DNA from: Longimicrobiales bacterium
GTDB taxonomy: Bacteria > Gemmatimonadota > Gemmatimonadetes > Longimicrobiales > RSA9
NCBI GenBank assembly: GCA_041568755.1
Contig: JBFFZF010000003.1
Coordinates: 1 to 58,930, forward strand
Length of the DNA: 58,930 bases
Direction: 5' to 3'
The notes under the pieces were generated by a model. The model worked only from the letters and a program-made list of their open reading frames with translations, did no database searches and was not told where the DNA came from. The translations under genes were made by a program, and so were the position numbers. Shown here piece by piece: positions 27,722-39,813 of the stretch. The stretch's first letter is position 1. Every line of letters begins with the position of its first letter.

Positions 27722-28737
27722 CGGAGACCGGCCCTGAGCAGGTCGTGGAGGTGGACCATGCCCACGAGGACGCCAGCCTCGTCGACCACGGGCAGCGCCA
27801 TGATGCCGTGCGTTTCCATCTGGTGGATCGCAGCCGCCGCCAGCGTCCCGGCATCCGTGACCTTGGGCGAGTGCGTCATGATGCGATCGACCGGCAGGTC
27901 GAAGATCTGTTCATCACGTTCCATGAGCCTGGTGAGATCGCCGGCCGTGACGACGCCGACGACGCGTTGCTGCGCATCCACGATCGCGACGGTCCCCCGC
28001 TTCTCGGCCAGCAGCACGATGCAGCGGCGCATGGGTGCGTCGGGCGGGAGAACCGGGAGGTCGTCGGCGACCATGACGTCCCGCACCCGCAGTCCCAGGC
28101 GGCGGCCCAGCGTGCCGCCGGGGTGCAGGCGCGCGAAATCTTCCGCCGTGAATCCCCGGAGCTGCAGCAGGGCGACGGCCAGGGCATCGCCCATCGCGAG
28201 CGTTGCGGTGGTGGACGTCGTCGGCGCGAGATCGAAGGGACACGCCTCCTCGGCCACGGCACATTCGAGCACGATGTCGGCCGCCCGCCCGATGGCCGAA
28301 TCCGCACGGCCCGTCAGGGCGATCACGCGGACGCCCCGTCGGGTCAGGTGCTCCATCAGGCCGCCCAGCTCCTGCGACTCGCCACTCTTGGACACGACCA
28401 GCGCGACGTCCTCATCACTCACGATGCCCAGGTCGCCGTGCAGCCCTTCGACCGGGTGCAGGAAAGCGGCCGGCGTGCCCGTGGACGTCAACGTGGCCGC
28501 GATCTTCCGCGCCACGATGCCGCTCTTGCCGATGCCACTGACGATGATCCGGCCTTCGGCGGCGCGGACGAGCCGGACGGCGTCCGCGAACGACGGTCCG
28601 ACGGCACCAGCCAGCGCGGCCAGTGCCTCCGATCCCATGCGCAGAACGCGACGTCCCGCTTCCACGAGGGCCGTGTCATCCATGGCGGGCCCGCCGGCGG
28701 CGAGCGCGGCCGTTGCGCCCGGTGTCCAGGCACTCAC
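27718..28737 (-). CDS. kdsD: Arabinose-5-phosphate isomerase (KpsF/GutQ; SIS + CBS)
   Basis: 'SGIGKSGIVARKIAATLTSTGTP', 'HGDLG', 'APTTST', 'HPGGTLG', CBS pair. Confidence 0.93.
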   Translation of the reverse strand: MSAWTPGATAALAAGGPAMDDTALVEAGRRVLRMGSEALAALAGAVGPSFADAVRLVRAAEGRIIVSGIGKSGIVARKIAATLTSTGTPAAFLHPVEGLHGDLGIVSDEDVALVVSKSGESQELGGLMEHLTRRGVRVIALTGRADSAIGRAADIVLECAVAEEACPFDLAPTTSTTATLAMGDALAVALLQLRGFTAEDFARLHPGGTLGRRLGLRVRDVMVADDLPVLPPDAPMRRCIVLLAEKRGTVAIVDAQQRVVGVVTAGDLTRLMERDEQIFDLPVDRIMTHSPKVTDAGTLAAAAIHQMETHGIMALPVVDEAGVLVGMVHLHDLLRAGLR

Positions 28738-29295
28738 GTCGTCCGTACTCCTTCCCTCTCGCGACAGTACTGCTCGACCATCTTCTCCCATACCCCACGC
28801 GCCCGCAGCAGGGCCTCGGCGAATTCACGCACCGCCCCTGCGCCGCCGCCTCGCGCGGTGCTCCAGTGCGCGAGCGCCTGCACCTCGGGGACAGCATTGG
28901 CCACGGCCACGGCGAGGCCGGCGCGGCGGAAGACGGGCAGATCGGCCAGGTCGTCGCAGACCGTGGCCGTCTCGTCCCAGCCGACCGCGTACGCTTCGTG
29001 CAGTCCTTCAAGGATCGGCAGCTTGTGGCCGCCGGGCCCCTCGTAACACGGGATGTCCAGCTCTCTGGCACGCAGCCGGTTGGCCGCCGACACGCGCCCG
29101 CTGACCATGACGACGTGCAGCCCGGACCAGACCATCATCTTGATGCCGAGCTGGTCGGTGATCTCGAAGCGCTTGAGCTCCACGCTCTCGCCCCGCTCCG
29201 TGGCGCCCATGTACACGCCGCCGTCGGTGAGGACGCCGTCCACGTCCAGGACCACCAGACGGACTCGCCGGGCCCGATCGACCGGCAGTACCGGC

Positions 29296-29303
<8 letters not shown>
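28734..29303 (-). CDS. kdsC: KDO 8-phosphate phosphatase (HAD)
   Basis: 'LDVDGVLTDG', 'DDLADL', 'GGAGAVRE'. Confidence 0.9.
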
Positions 29304-32659
<3,356 letters not shown>

Positions 32660-32726
32660 GCTCCATTGGCCTCCGCGCGAGGGGGCGCGGCGCTACGCAA
32701 GTTTCACGCCGCCTCTACGAGGACCG

Positions 32727-32756
32727 AATTTAACGACGGGACGGCAACGCTGTCAA
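32727..32756 (-). promoter_or_regulatory. Sigma70-type promoter heading the kdsB-pyrG-kds-lpt-rpoN-glycosylation run
   Basis: Minus strand TTGACA-N18-TAAATT, ~70 bp upstream of kdsB. Confidence 0.65.
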
Positions 32757-32787
32757 AAGCGGCTCGGCGCGCCGACGCCGGCGCGCA

Positions 32788-34293
32788 TCAATCGCGTGGC
32801 CACCACGGGTAGCGGCGAGGCAGCGTGAAGCCCAACAACAGGTCGTGGCGGCTGGTGTCGGTCGGGTCCACGGTGCCCATGATCCACGCGTATTTCAGGC
32901 GCAGCCGGAGCGCGAGGGTGTGCTGGAGTTCCGCCGGGCGGTCGAGCGTCCAGGCCTTTCCCGCGTGGTGGATCAGTTCGACATGCGGTCGGCCCATGAT
33001 GCCGAGGCGGAGCGAGGCCGGCAGCGGAATCGAGTACTCGGTTTCGACGTAGACCAGCCGGTCCCCTCGCATCTCGAGGATACCGAGGTGATAGATCGTG
33101 CCGCGGCCGCCGACGCCGCTCCAGCGTTGGCGTGGCAGGCTGTCGGTCCCCGGGGTGGGCCCGCGGAAACGCCACTCGACCTGCAAGGTGTGATCCGCGA
33201 GGGCGCGCATGGCTGCGGACCCGCCCACGTCGAAGCGGCCGAAGGCGTGCACGCCGCCCGCGACCTCGGCGGCCGCTTCGAGGAGCGCGTCGGCCCTCGC
33301 GATGATCGTGGGGCGCTCCCACTCGGTGCTCACGCCGGCGATGACGCTCGTGATCCGCCCGGGATCCACGACGGGGTTGGACCGGATGCTGTCTTCGGTC
33401 ACGATCGTCCACGGATCGCGCGCCGGCAGCGAGCGGGCGCTCTCGCCCTGGACGACGATCGAGGCGCGCACCGGGCTCTCCGCCGGACCCCACGCTGTGG
33501 TGAGCGCGGCATATGCGCGGTCCGCCTCGTAATAGTTGCGTCGATCCTGGCCGCCGAACAGGAAGGAAACCGAGTTCAGGAGGTCGGAACGGATCCAGGT
33601 TTCGTTGGTGACGGTGAGGCGTTCGACGCCGAGCGCGAACCGGGTGTTGCCGCCGCGGATGCCGGCCTCGAACGTGCCGCCCGGCCGCTCGCGGGCTGTC
33701 GCGAAGCTGAGCCGGCCGACCAGATCGGGCTCGAGGCTTCCCAGGCGCGGCAGCAGGAGCGTGGCGCCCGTGTGGAGCGCGAGTCCGTTGACGCGGTCGT
33801 ACGTCGGCAGGCGAAGACCGGCAATGCCGTGCGGATCCAGCAGCGAAGGCGCCTGGGATCCGCGGATGCGGAGCACGTCTCCGTCGACCGCCGCCCTGTA
33901 CATGGCATCGCGGTAGTCGGTCACGGTGCCGTCGATGCCGGACTGGTCCGACCGGAACAGACCGCCGCCGACGTTGATGACGCTGCCGGTGATGCGCGAG
34001 TGCGGGCGCAGGAACACGTTGGCATCGACAATGACCACGTCGCCGTTCAGGACGCCCTCGATCTTGAGGGTCGTGCCCGCGATCAGGATGGGTCCCGGGA
34101 TCGTGTCGGATGGCGGGATCACGGTATCGGCGGTCAGCACGGAAAGCGGGACGGTGCGTGCGACCCGCTGCAGGATCGTGTCGGTCTCGAGCGGCCCGCG
34201 ACCCGCGAAGACGACGCGCTGCGCCGTGACAGGCGTCGCGCACAGGGCGACCAGCAGCGTCGCCAGGCCGGCGAACCCCGCACGGTATTTCAT
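32788..34293 (-). CDS. Exported/outer-membrane protein: bactofilin-like beta-helix followed by a putative beta-barrel
   Basis: Signal peptide MKYRAGFAGLATLLVALCATPVTA. 'IEGVLNGDVVIVDANV...ITGSVINVGG' repeats, then 'PTYDRVNG' and amphipathic strands. ATG overlaps the upstream stop. Confidence 0.6.
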   Translation of the reverse strand: MKYRAGFAGLATLLVALCATPVTAQRVVFAGRGPLETDTILQRVARTVPLSVLTADTVIPPSDTIPGPILIAGTTLKIEGVLNGDVVIVDANVFLRPHSRITGSVINVGGGLFRSDQSGIDGTVTDYRDAMYRAAVDGDVLRIRGSQAPSLLDPHGIAGLRLPTYDRVNGLALHTGATLLLPRLGSLEPDLVGRLSFATARERPGGTFEAGIRGGNTRFALGVERLTVTNETWIRSDLLNSVSFLFGGQDRRNYYEADRAYAALTTAWGPAESPVRASIVVQGESARSLPARDPWTIVTEDSIRSNPVVDPGRITSVIAGVSTEWERPTIIARADALLEAAAEVAGGVHAFGRFDVGGSAAMRALADHTLQVEWRFRGPTPGTDSLPRQRWSGVGGRGTIYHLGILEMRGDRLVYVETEYSIPLPASLRLGIMGRPHVELIHHAGKAWTLDRPAELQHTLALRLRLKYAWIMGTVDPTDTSRHDLLLGFTLPRRYPWWPRD

Positions 34294-34874
34294 CCGGCGA
34301 GGGCCAGGAAGTTCTGAGCGAGACGCTGGCCGCCTTCGCTGGCGATCGACTCGGGGTGGAACTGCACGCCCCAGACAGTCGGATGGGCGCGATGGCGGAC
34401 GGCCTGGATCTCGTCCTGCCGCCCCGGCTCGTCGGTGCAGGCGAGCACCTCCAGCGAGGCGGGCAGCGACGCGCGCTCGATCTCCAGTGAATGGTAGCGG
34501 GCCACCGTCAGCGGGCTGGGCAACCCCTCGAACATGGCCGTGCCGGTGTGCGCGATGGAAGATGTCTTGCCGTGCATCATGCGCGCCGCCTGGACGATGC
34601 GGCCGCCGAAGGCCGCGCCGATGCTCTGGTGCCCCAGGCAGACGCCCAGAATGGGAATACGCCCGGCAAACGTCGTGATGCAGGCAACGCTGATGCCCGC
34701 CTGAGCGGGCGTGCAGGGTCCGGGCGAGACCAGGATCCAGCGCGGCGCGAGGGCCTCGATTTCCTCGATCGTGACCGTATCGTTGCGCTGCACGATGGGC
34801 TCGGCACCCAGGGCGCCGAACAGCTGGACCAGGTTCCAGGTGAAGGAGTCGTAGTTGTCGATGACCAGCAGCAC
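34290..34874 (-). CDS. Glutamine amidotransferase, anthranilate/aminodeoxychorismate synthase component II (TrpG/PabA)
   Basis: 'IDNYDSFT', 'SPGPCTP', 'GVCLGHQ', 'RYHSL', 'GVQFHPES'. GGGGAG SD before the GTG. Confidence 0.93.
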   Translation of the reverse strand: MLLVIDNYDSFTWNLVQLFGALGAEPIVQRNDTVTIEEIEALAPRWILVSPGPCTPAQAGISVACITTFAGRIPILGVCLGHQSIGAAFGGRIVQAARMMHGKTSSIAHTGTAMFEGLPSPLTVARYHSLEIERASLPASLEVLACTDEPGRQDEIQAVRHRAHPTVWGVQFHPESIASEGGQRLAQNFLALAG

Positions 34875-34960
34875 GTTGCTCCCCGTCCCGTCCCGTTGAC
34901 GATGTCGCCCCGGAACGTAGGCACGTCCCGGCCCGGTCAACAAGCCCCGGCGGAGCCGGC

Positions 34961-35845
34961 TCAGGCCCGGGGGTGGTAGCGGCGGTGCACGTCACGGAGG
35001 TACTCACGCTCGACGTGTGTGTAGATCTGCGTGGTCGCGATGTCGGCGTGGCCGAGCATCTCCTGCACCGCGGCCAGGTCCGCCCCGCCCTCGAGGAGGT
35101 GCGTCGCGAACGAGTGGCGCAGCGTGTGGGGTGTGACACGGCGCGTGATGCCGGCGCGCTCGGACATGCGGCGCAGGATCTTCCAGACGCCCATGCGGGA
35201 GAGCGGCCGGCCGCGCGCATTCAGGAAGACGGCCGCCTCGGCCCCGCCGCGTGCGAGCCGCGGTCGGGTCTCGCGCAGATACGCATCGAGCGCGCGCAAC
35301 GCCGTCCTCCCCACCGGCACGAGCCGTTCTTTGGCGCCCTTGCCCACGACCGTCGCGAGCCCCTCCGCCATGTCGACATCGCGCAGCTTGAGCCCGATCA
35401 GTTCACTGACGCGGACGCCGGAGGCGTAAGCGAACTCGAGCAGCGCGCGATCGCGCCAGTACGTGCGCGCATCGGGATCGCCCGCATCGAGCAGCCGCGC
35501 GACCTCATCGCGGCTGAGCGCGTTCGGCAGGCGGCGCCACGTCCGCGGCAGTTCGACGCGATCCGTCGGGTCAGCTACGATCTCGCCCTCGCCGAGCAGG
35601 AAGCTGAAATACGTGCGCACGGCCGAGAGATTGCGGCGGATCGAGCTGGGCTGGAGGCCGCGGTCCTTGAGGTGGTACACGAAGTCACGCAGGTCAGGCG
35701 GCCTCACGTCCCCCGCCCGGGAAACGCCCCGGGCGCGCATGAAGGAGGCGAGCCGTTCCAGGTCGTGTCGGTACGCCGCCAGTGTGCGCTGCGACAGACC
35801 GCGCTCGACGGTCAGGTGATCGCAGAAGCGATCCAGGTCCCACAT
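34961..35845 (-). CDS. xerD: Site-specific tyrosine recombinase XerD
   Basis: 'ERGLSQRTLAAYRHDL', 'RDRALLEFAYASGVRVSEL', 'GKGAKERLVP', 'PHTLRHSFATHLLEGGADL', 'LGHADIATTQIYTH'. Confidence 0.93.
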   Translation of the reverse strand: MWDLDRFCDHLTVERGLSQRTLAAYRHDLERLASFMRARGVSRAGDVRPPDLRDFVYHLKDRGLQPSSIRRNLSAVRTYFSFLLGEGEIVADPTDRVELPRTWRRLPNALSRDEVARLLDAGDPDARTYWRDRALLEFAYASGVRVSELIGLKLRDVDMAEGLATVVGKGAKERLVPVGRTALRALDAYLRETRPRLARGGAEAAVFLNARGRPLSRMGVWKILRRMSERAGITRRVTPHTLRHSFATHLLEGGADLAAVQEMLGHADIATTQIYTHVEREYLRDVHRRYHPRA

Positions 35846-35846
35846 C

Positions 35847-36455
35847 TCAATCGTGTTCGTGACGCGTGCGCCACCACCAGGCCGCGACGAGCACCATCAG
35901 AATGGCAGCCACACCCACCAGCCATGCGCTGGTCCGCGCGAAGAGCTCGAGGATGGCGGCCCAGTTGCGCCCGGCCACGCCACCCAGCACGACGAGCGTC
36001 CCGTACCAGATCGCCGATGCAACGGCCATGGGCAGGGCGACCCGTACGGGCGGGACTCGACTGATGCCCGCGAACACGGGCACGATCGCCCTGAAGCCGG
36101 GGAGGAAGCGGCTGAAGAAGATGGCAGGGGTACCCCAGCGCGCGTAGAAGCGCGCGATCGTCTCGAGCTGGCGCGGCTTCAGCAGGCGCTTTCCGACGCG
36201 CGTCGTGAACACACGCTGACCGTGGCGGCGCGCCAGGAGGTACACGGCGATCGCGGACGCGACATTGGGCAGCCACGTGACCAGGAAGACGAACGTCGCG
36301 CTGGCCCGGCCTGTGCCGGAAAGGAACGCGCCCAGCAGGACGAACGTATCCGCCGGAACCGGCGGGAAGATGTTTTCGAGCGCGGCACCTGCCCCCACGA
36401 CGACGTAGATGAGAGCCGGCGGCAACCCGCCGACGAGCTGAATGATCGAGTCGAT
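35847..36455 (-). CDS. DedA-family membrane protein (probable ATC start; alternative TTG at 36425)
   Basis: 'LENIFPPVPAD' and 'IFFSRFLPGFRAIVPVFAG' DedA motifs. AGGAGG lies 6 nt before an in-frame ATC. Confidence 0.85.
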   Translation of the reverse strand: MDSIIQLVGGLPPALIYVVVGAGAALENIFPPVPADTFVLLGAFLSGTGRASATFVFLVTWLPNVASAIAVYLLARRHGQRVFTTRVGKRLLKPRQLETIARFYARWGTPAIFFSRFLPGFRAIVPVFAGISRVPPVRVALPMAVASAIWYGTLVVLGGVAGRNWAAILELFARTSAWLVGVAAILMVLVAAWWWRTRHEHD

Positions 36456-36494
36456 GTGGGGCCTCCTGCGTGACGGTGCCGGTCTCCGCAGCGC

Positions 36495-36971
36495 TCAGTC
36501 GCGCGCGTTCACCAGAGCCACCGCGATCGCTGCGACGCCCTCGCCCCTGCCGATCCAGCCCATGCCCTCGTTCGTCTTGCCTTTGATCGAAACGTGCCCG
36601 GGCGCGATGCCGATGGCATCCGCGAGCCGCTCACGCATGCGCGGCACGTAGCCGGCGATGCGCGGCGTCTCGCAGACCACGGTCACATCGACATTGACGA
36701 CCTGGTAGTTGTCGCCCGCGACGAGCTCGACCGCAAGACGCAGCAGGTCCATGGAATCCGCGTCCCGCCAGCGCTCGTCGGCCGGCGGGAAATGCGTTCC
36801 TATGTCCCCCTGCCCGGTCGCGCCCAGGATCGCGTCGGTCACCGCGTGGGCGATGGCGTCCGCGTCCGAGTGACCGGTCAGCCCGCTGCTGTGCGGAATC
36901 TCGACACCGCCCAGGATGAGCCGGCGGCCCGCTTCGAACCGGTGGGAATCGTAACCGATCCCGACTCGCAT
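36495..36971 (-). CDS. ispF: 2-C-methyl-D-erythritol 2,4-cyclodiphosphate synthase
   Basis: 'MRVGIGYDSH', 'LILGGV', 'GHSDAD', 'GDIGTHFP', 'KGKTNE', 'GRGEG'. Confidence 0.96.
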   Translation of the reverse strand: MRVGIGYDSHRFEAGRRLILGGVEIPHSSGLTGHSDADAIAHAVTDAILGATGQGDIGTHFPPADERWRDADSMDLLRLAVELVAGDNYQVVNVDVTVVCETPRIAGYVPRMRERLADAIGIAPGHVSIKGKTNEGMGWIGRGEGVAAIAVALVNARD

Positions 36972-36992
36972 CGGTGCGTCGGCCGGGGCCGG

Positions 36993-37394
36993 TCAGTTCC
37001 CGGCGAGCCGGAGAATGCGGATCGCCAGGTGAGCTGCGTTCTTCGCGTTGTCGATGCCGACGGCCGCGACCGGCACGCCGGGCGGCATCTGCACGACGGA
37101 GAGCAATGCGTCCAGGCCGCCCAGCGCGGCGTTGAGCGGGACGCCGATCACCGGGAGCCGTGTATGGGCAGCGACGACGCCGGGCAGCGCGGCCGACAGC
37201 CCCGCTCCGCAGATCACGACGCCGAAGCCGTTCGCCTCGGCGGACCGGGCCAGCTCCGCGGTCCGATCGGGTTCGCGGTGCGCGCTGCAGACGATGACGT
37301 CCGACTCGATCCCTGCGTCCTTGAGAACCGGTACCGCCTTTTCCATGCGATCGCGGTCCGACTCGGATCCCATCAGAATGAGTACCTTGCTCAT
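36993..37394 (-). CDS. purE: N5-CAIR mutase / AIR carboxylase
   Basis: 'MGSESD', 'SAHR', 'AGLSAALPG', 'PVIGVP', 'VQMPPGVPV'. Confidence 0.93.
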   Translation of the reverse strand: MSKVLILMGSESDRDRMEKAVPVLKDAGIESDVIVCSAHREPDRTAELARSAEANGFGVVICGAGLSAALPGVVAAHTRLPVIGVPLNAALGGLDALLSVVQMPPGVPVAAVGIDNAKNAAHLAIRILRLAGN

Positions 37395-38683
37395 TGCTCC
37401 CGCGCCCCTGCGGCGATGGCTGTGTGGGCTCGCCAGGCGCAGCAGGGACACCCTGCCCCGCCCTCGTCGGCGAGCGAATAGTCCTGGTGGCGCCGGCGCG
37501 GTTCGAAGCCGGCGTCCTCGATGATGCGGCGGATCTCGTGCTCGGGCATGATGAAATCGGTTCCCGCCGCACTCACGACGTTCTCCTCGATCATGAGCGA
37601 GCCGAAGTCATTCGCCCCGAATCTCAGCGCGACCTGCGCCATCTTCGGGCCCTGCGTCACGTATGAAACCTGCAGGTTCTCGAAATTGTCGAGCACCAGC
37701 CTGCCCAGTGCCGTCACCAGCAGGTAGTCCATCCCGGTACCCAGCGGGATGGCCCAGTCCTCCATCTCGGTGTGGCGCGGCTGGAACGACCAGGCGATGA
37801 ACGCGGTGTAGCGGCCGCCACCCCGCTCCAGGCTCCGTTGCTGCGATGCGCGCAGCTTGAGCATGTGCTCGAGCCGGTCCTCCCACGTCTCGCCCACACC
37901 GTACATGAGCGTCGCTGTCGTAAGCAGCCCGGCCTCGTGGGCAGCCTCGTGGATCTCGAGCCAGCGCGTGGCATCGATCTTCTTCGGGGCGATGAAGTCA
38001 CGCACACCATCCACCAGCACTTCCGCGCCCGCGCCCGGGATCGAGTCCAGACCCGCCTCGTGCAGCTGACGCAGCACTTCGTCGAGCGGCAACCGCGACA
38101 CCTTGACGATCATCTCGATTTCGGAGGCGCTGAAGCCGTGCACATGGATCGGGTGGTGCTCCTTGATGTAGCGGAGCAGACCCAGATACCAGTCCAGCGG
38201 CAGATACGGATTGTGGCCTCCCTGCATCAGGATCTGCACGGCCCCGACGGCCCGCGCCTCGCTGATCTTGCGGCCGATCTCCTCGTAGCTGAGGACGTAG
38301 GCCTCTTCGTCCTTGGGGCGCCGGTAGAACGCGCAGAACCGGCAGTCCGTCACGCACAGGTTCGTGTAGTTGATGTTCCGATCGACGATGTAGCTGACGA
38401 TCCCGGCCGGATGCTTCTGGCGGCGCACCTGGTCGGCCCGTGCGCCAAGTTCCAGCAGCGGGGTGGTGTTCAGGACGTGCATCCAGTGCCCGATGTCGGC
38501 CGCGTGCGGCCGTTCGGACAGCGGCGCCGGCACGTACTCGGGTCGCGGAACGGTGCCATGCACGGCGCCGACGGAACCCTCGGGTCGCGGCGCGCGCACG
38601 CGGGGCGCGACGCGCTGCAGCACGGGCAGTGCGCGCGGTCCGGCCGGCGCGCCCCGGTCGCCGTCCCCGCGCCCGGTCACCAC
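37391..38683 (-). CDS. mqnC: Cyclic dehypoxanthine futalosine synthase (radical SAM)
   Basis: 'VDRNINYTNLCVTDCRFCAFYR', 'QGGHNP', 'PGAGAE', 'GANDFGSLMIEENVV'. Confidence 0.88.
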   Translation of the reverse strand: MVTGRGDGDRGAPAGPRALPVLQRVAPRVRAPRPEGSVGAVHGTVPRPEYVPAPLSERPHAADIGHWMHVLNTTPLLELGARADQVRRQKHPAGIVSYIVDRNINYTNLCVTDCRFCAFYRRPKDEEAYVLSYEEIGRKISEARAVGAVQILMQGGHNPYLPLDWYLGLLRYIKEHHPIHVHGFSASEIEMIVKVSRLPLDEVLRQLHEAGLDSIPGAGAEVLVDGVRDFIAPKKIDATRWLEIHEAAHEAGLLTTATLMYGVGETWEDRLEHMLKLRASQQRSLERGGGRYTAFIAWSFQPRHTEMEDWAIPLGTGMDYLLVTALGRLVLDNFENLQVSYVTQGPKMAQVALRFGANDFGSLMIEENVVSAAGTDFIMPEHEIRRIIEDAGFEPRRRHQDYSLADEGGAGCPCCAWRAHTAIAAGAREQ

Positions 38684-39813
38684 TCGCGCACCTCCTCGTA
38701 GAGCACACTGCGCTCGACGGGCCGCTTCCCGGCATCGCGGATCAGCCGGATGATCTCGGCGAAGGCGAGAGTCTCCGGCGTCGTGGCGCCCGCCTCGTGA
38801 TAGATGCGCTCACGGTGGACGGTGCCCTCCAGGTCATCGACGCCGAAGTGCAGGGCGACCTGACTGATCTTCGGCGTGTTCATGATCCAGTGCGTCTTGA
38901 TGTGGTCGATGTTGTCGAGGAACAGGCGGCCGATGGCCAGGTTCTTCAGATCATCGAAGCCGGTCGTGGCCGTGCCTGTGCGGCCGAGTTGCTCCCCGAG
39001 TTCGGTGTGGTCGGGATGGTAGGCGAGCGGAATATACGTGAGGAAACCGCCCGTCTCGTCCTGCAGGTCGCGCAGGATCGTCAGGTGATCGACCCGGTCC
39101 GCGGACGTCTCGACGTGGCCGTACAGCATCGTGCAGTTTGTGCGAATGCCGAGCCCGTGCGCCTTGCGGTGCACGTCGACCCACTCTTCGGCTGCGAGCT
39201 TGCGTTCGGCGATCGTGGCGCGCACGCCCTTCGAGAAGACCTCGGCGCCGCCGCCCGGCATGGTATCGAGTCCTGCCTCACGCAGGCGCAGGAGCACGTC
39301 CTCCACGGTGCTGCGTTCGATGCGGGCGAGGTGTGCGATTTCGACGGCGGTGAGAGCCTTGATCTCCACGCCCGGGTGCCGCTCTCTGAGCCCGCGGATC
39401 AGATCCTCGTAGTAGGACAGCGGCAGCTTGGGGTGCAGCCCGCCTACGATGTGGAACTCACGCACCGGGACGTCGTGCGCCAGGGACGCCTCGTGGAAGG
39501 CCTCCTCCAGCGTCATCGTGTAGGCGCCATCCTCGCGGGGTCGACGGGCGAACGAGCAGAACACGCACGTCGCCCGCAGGATGCAGACGTTGGTCGGGTT
39601 CAGATGATGATTGGCCGCGAAGAAGACGCGGTCGCCGTTGCGCGTGCGGTTGGCCCAGTCGGCCAGCGCCCCGATGGAAAGCAGATCGTTCGACTCGAAG
39701 AGCGTGATGCCATCGTCGCGGCTCAGCCGCTCGCCGTTGAATACCTTGTCCGCGATGGGGCCGATCGCGCGATCCGTCGGCGTGAAGGACAGCTCCGCAG
39801 CCGGCGCGATCAT
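38677..39813 (-). CDS. mqnE: Aminofutalosine synthase (radical SAM)
   Basis: 'HLNPTNVC...CVFCSF', 'EFHIVGGLHP', 'IKALTAVEI', 'PGGGAEVF', 'TMLYGHVE', 'HIK', 'EGTV..ERIYHEAGA'. Confidence 0.9.
   Translation of the reverse strand: MIAPAAELSFTPTDRAIGPIADKVFNGERLSRDDGITLFESNDLLSIGALADWANRTRNGDRVFFAANHHLNPTNVCILRATCVFCSFARRPREDGAYTMTLEEAFHEASLAHDVPVREFHIVGGLHPKLPLSYYEDLIRGLRERHPGVEIKALTAVEIAHLARIERSTVEDVLLRLREAGLDTMPGGGAEVFSKGVRATIAERKLAAEEWVDVHRKAHGLGIRTNCTMLYGHVETSADRVDHLTILRDLQDETGGFLTYIPLAYHPDHTELGEQLGRTGTATTGFDDLKNLAIGRLFLDNIDHIKTHWIMNTPKISQVALHFGVDDLEGTVHRERIYHEAGATTPETLAFAEIIRLIRDAGKRPVERSVLYEEVREW

Noticed and set aside
34880-34945. Promoter upstream of trpG/pabA (TTGACC...TACGTT)
   Set aside because: The spacer is only 15 nt, too weak to call.
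32788-35220. 810-aa minus-strand ORF from the track
   Set aside because: The first ~309 codons overlap trpG and xerD out of frame. The credible start is ATG 34293 with a signal peptide. Similar over-extensions were trimmed for pyrG, kdsA, kdsC, fabG, GT4, the methyltransferase, ku and ndk.
34961-35845. Tyrosine recombinase as a phage or island integrase
   Set aside because: Size, motifs and housekeeping context fit chromosomal XerD. No att repeats or cargo genes nearby.
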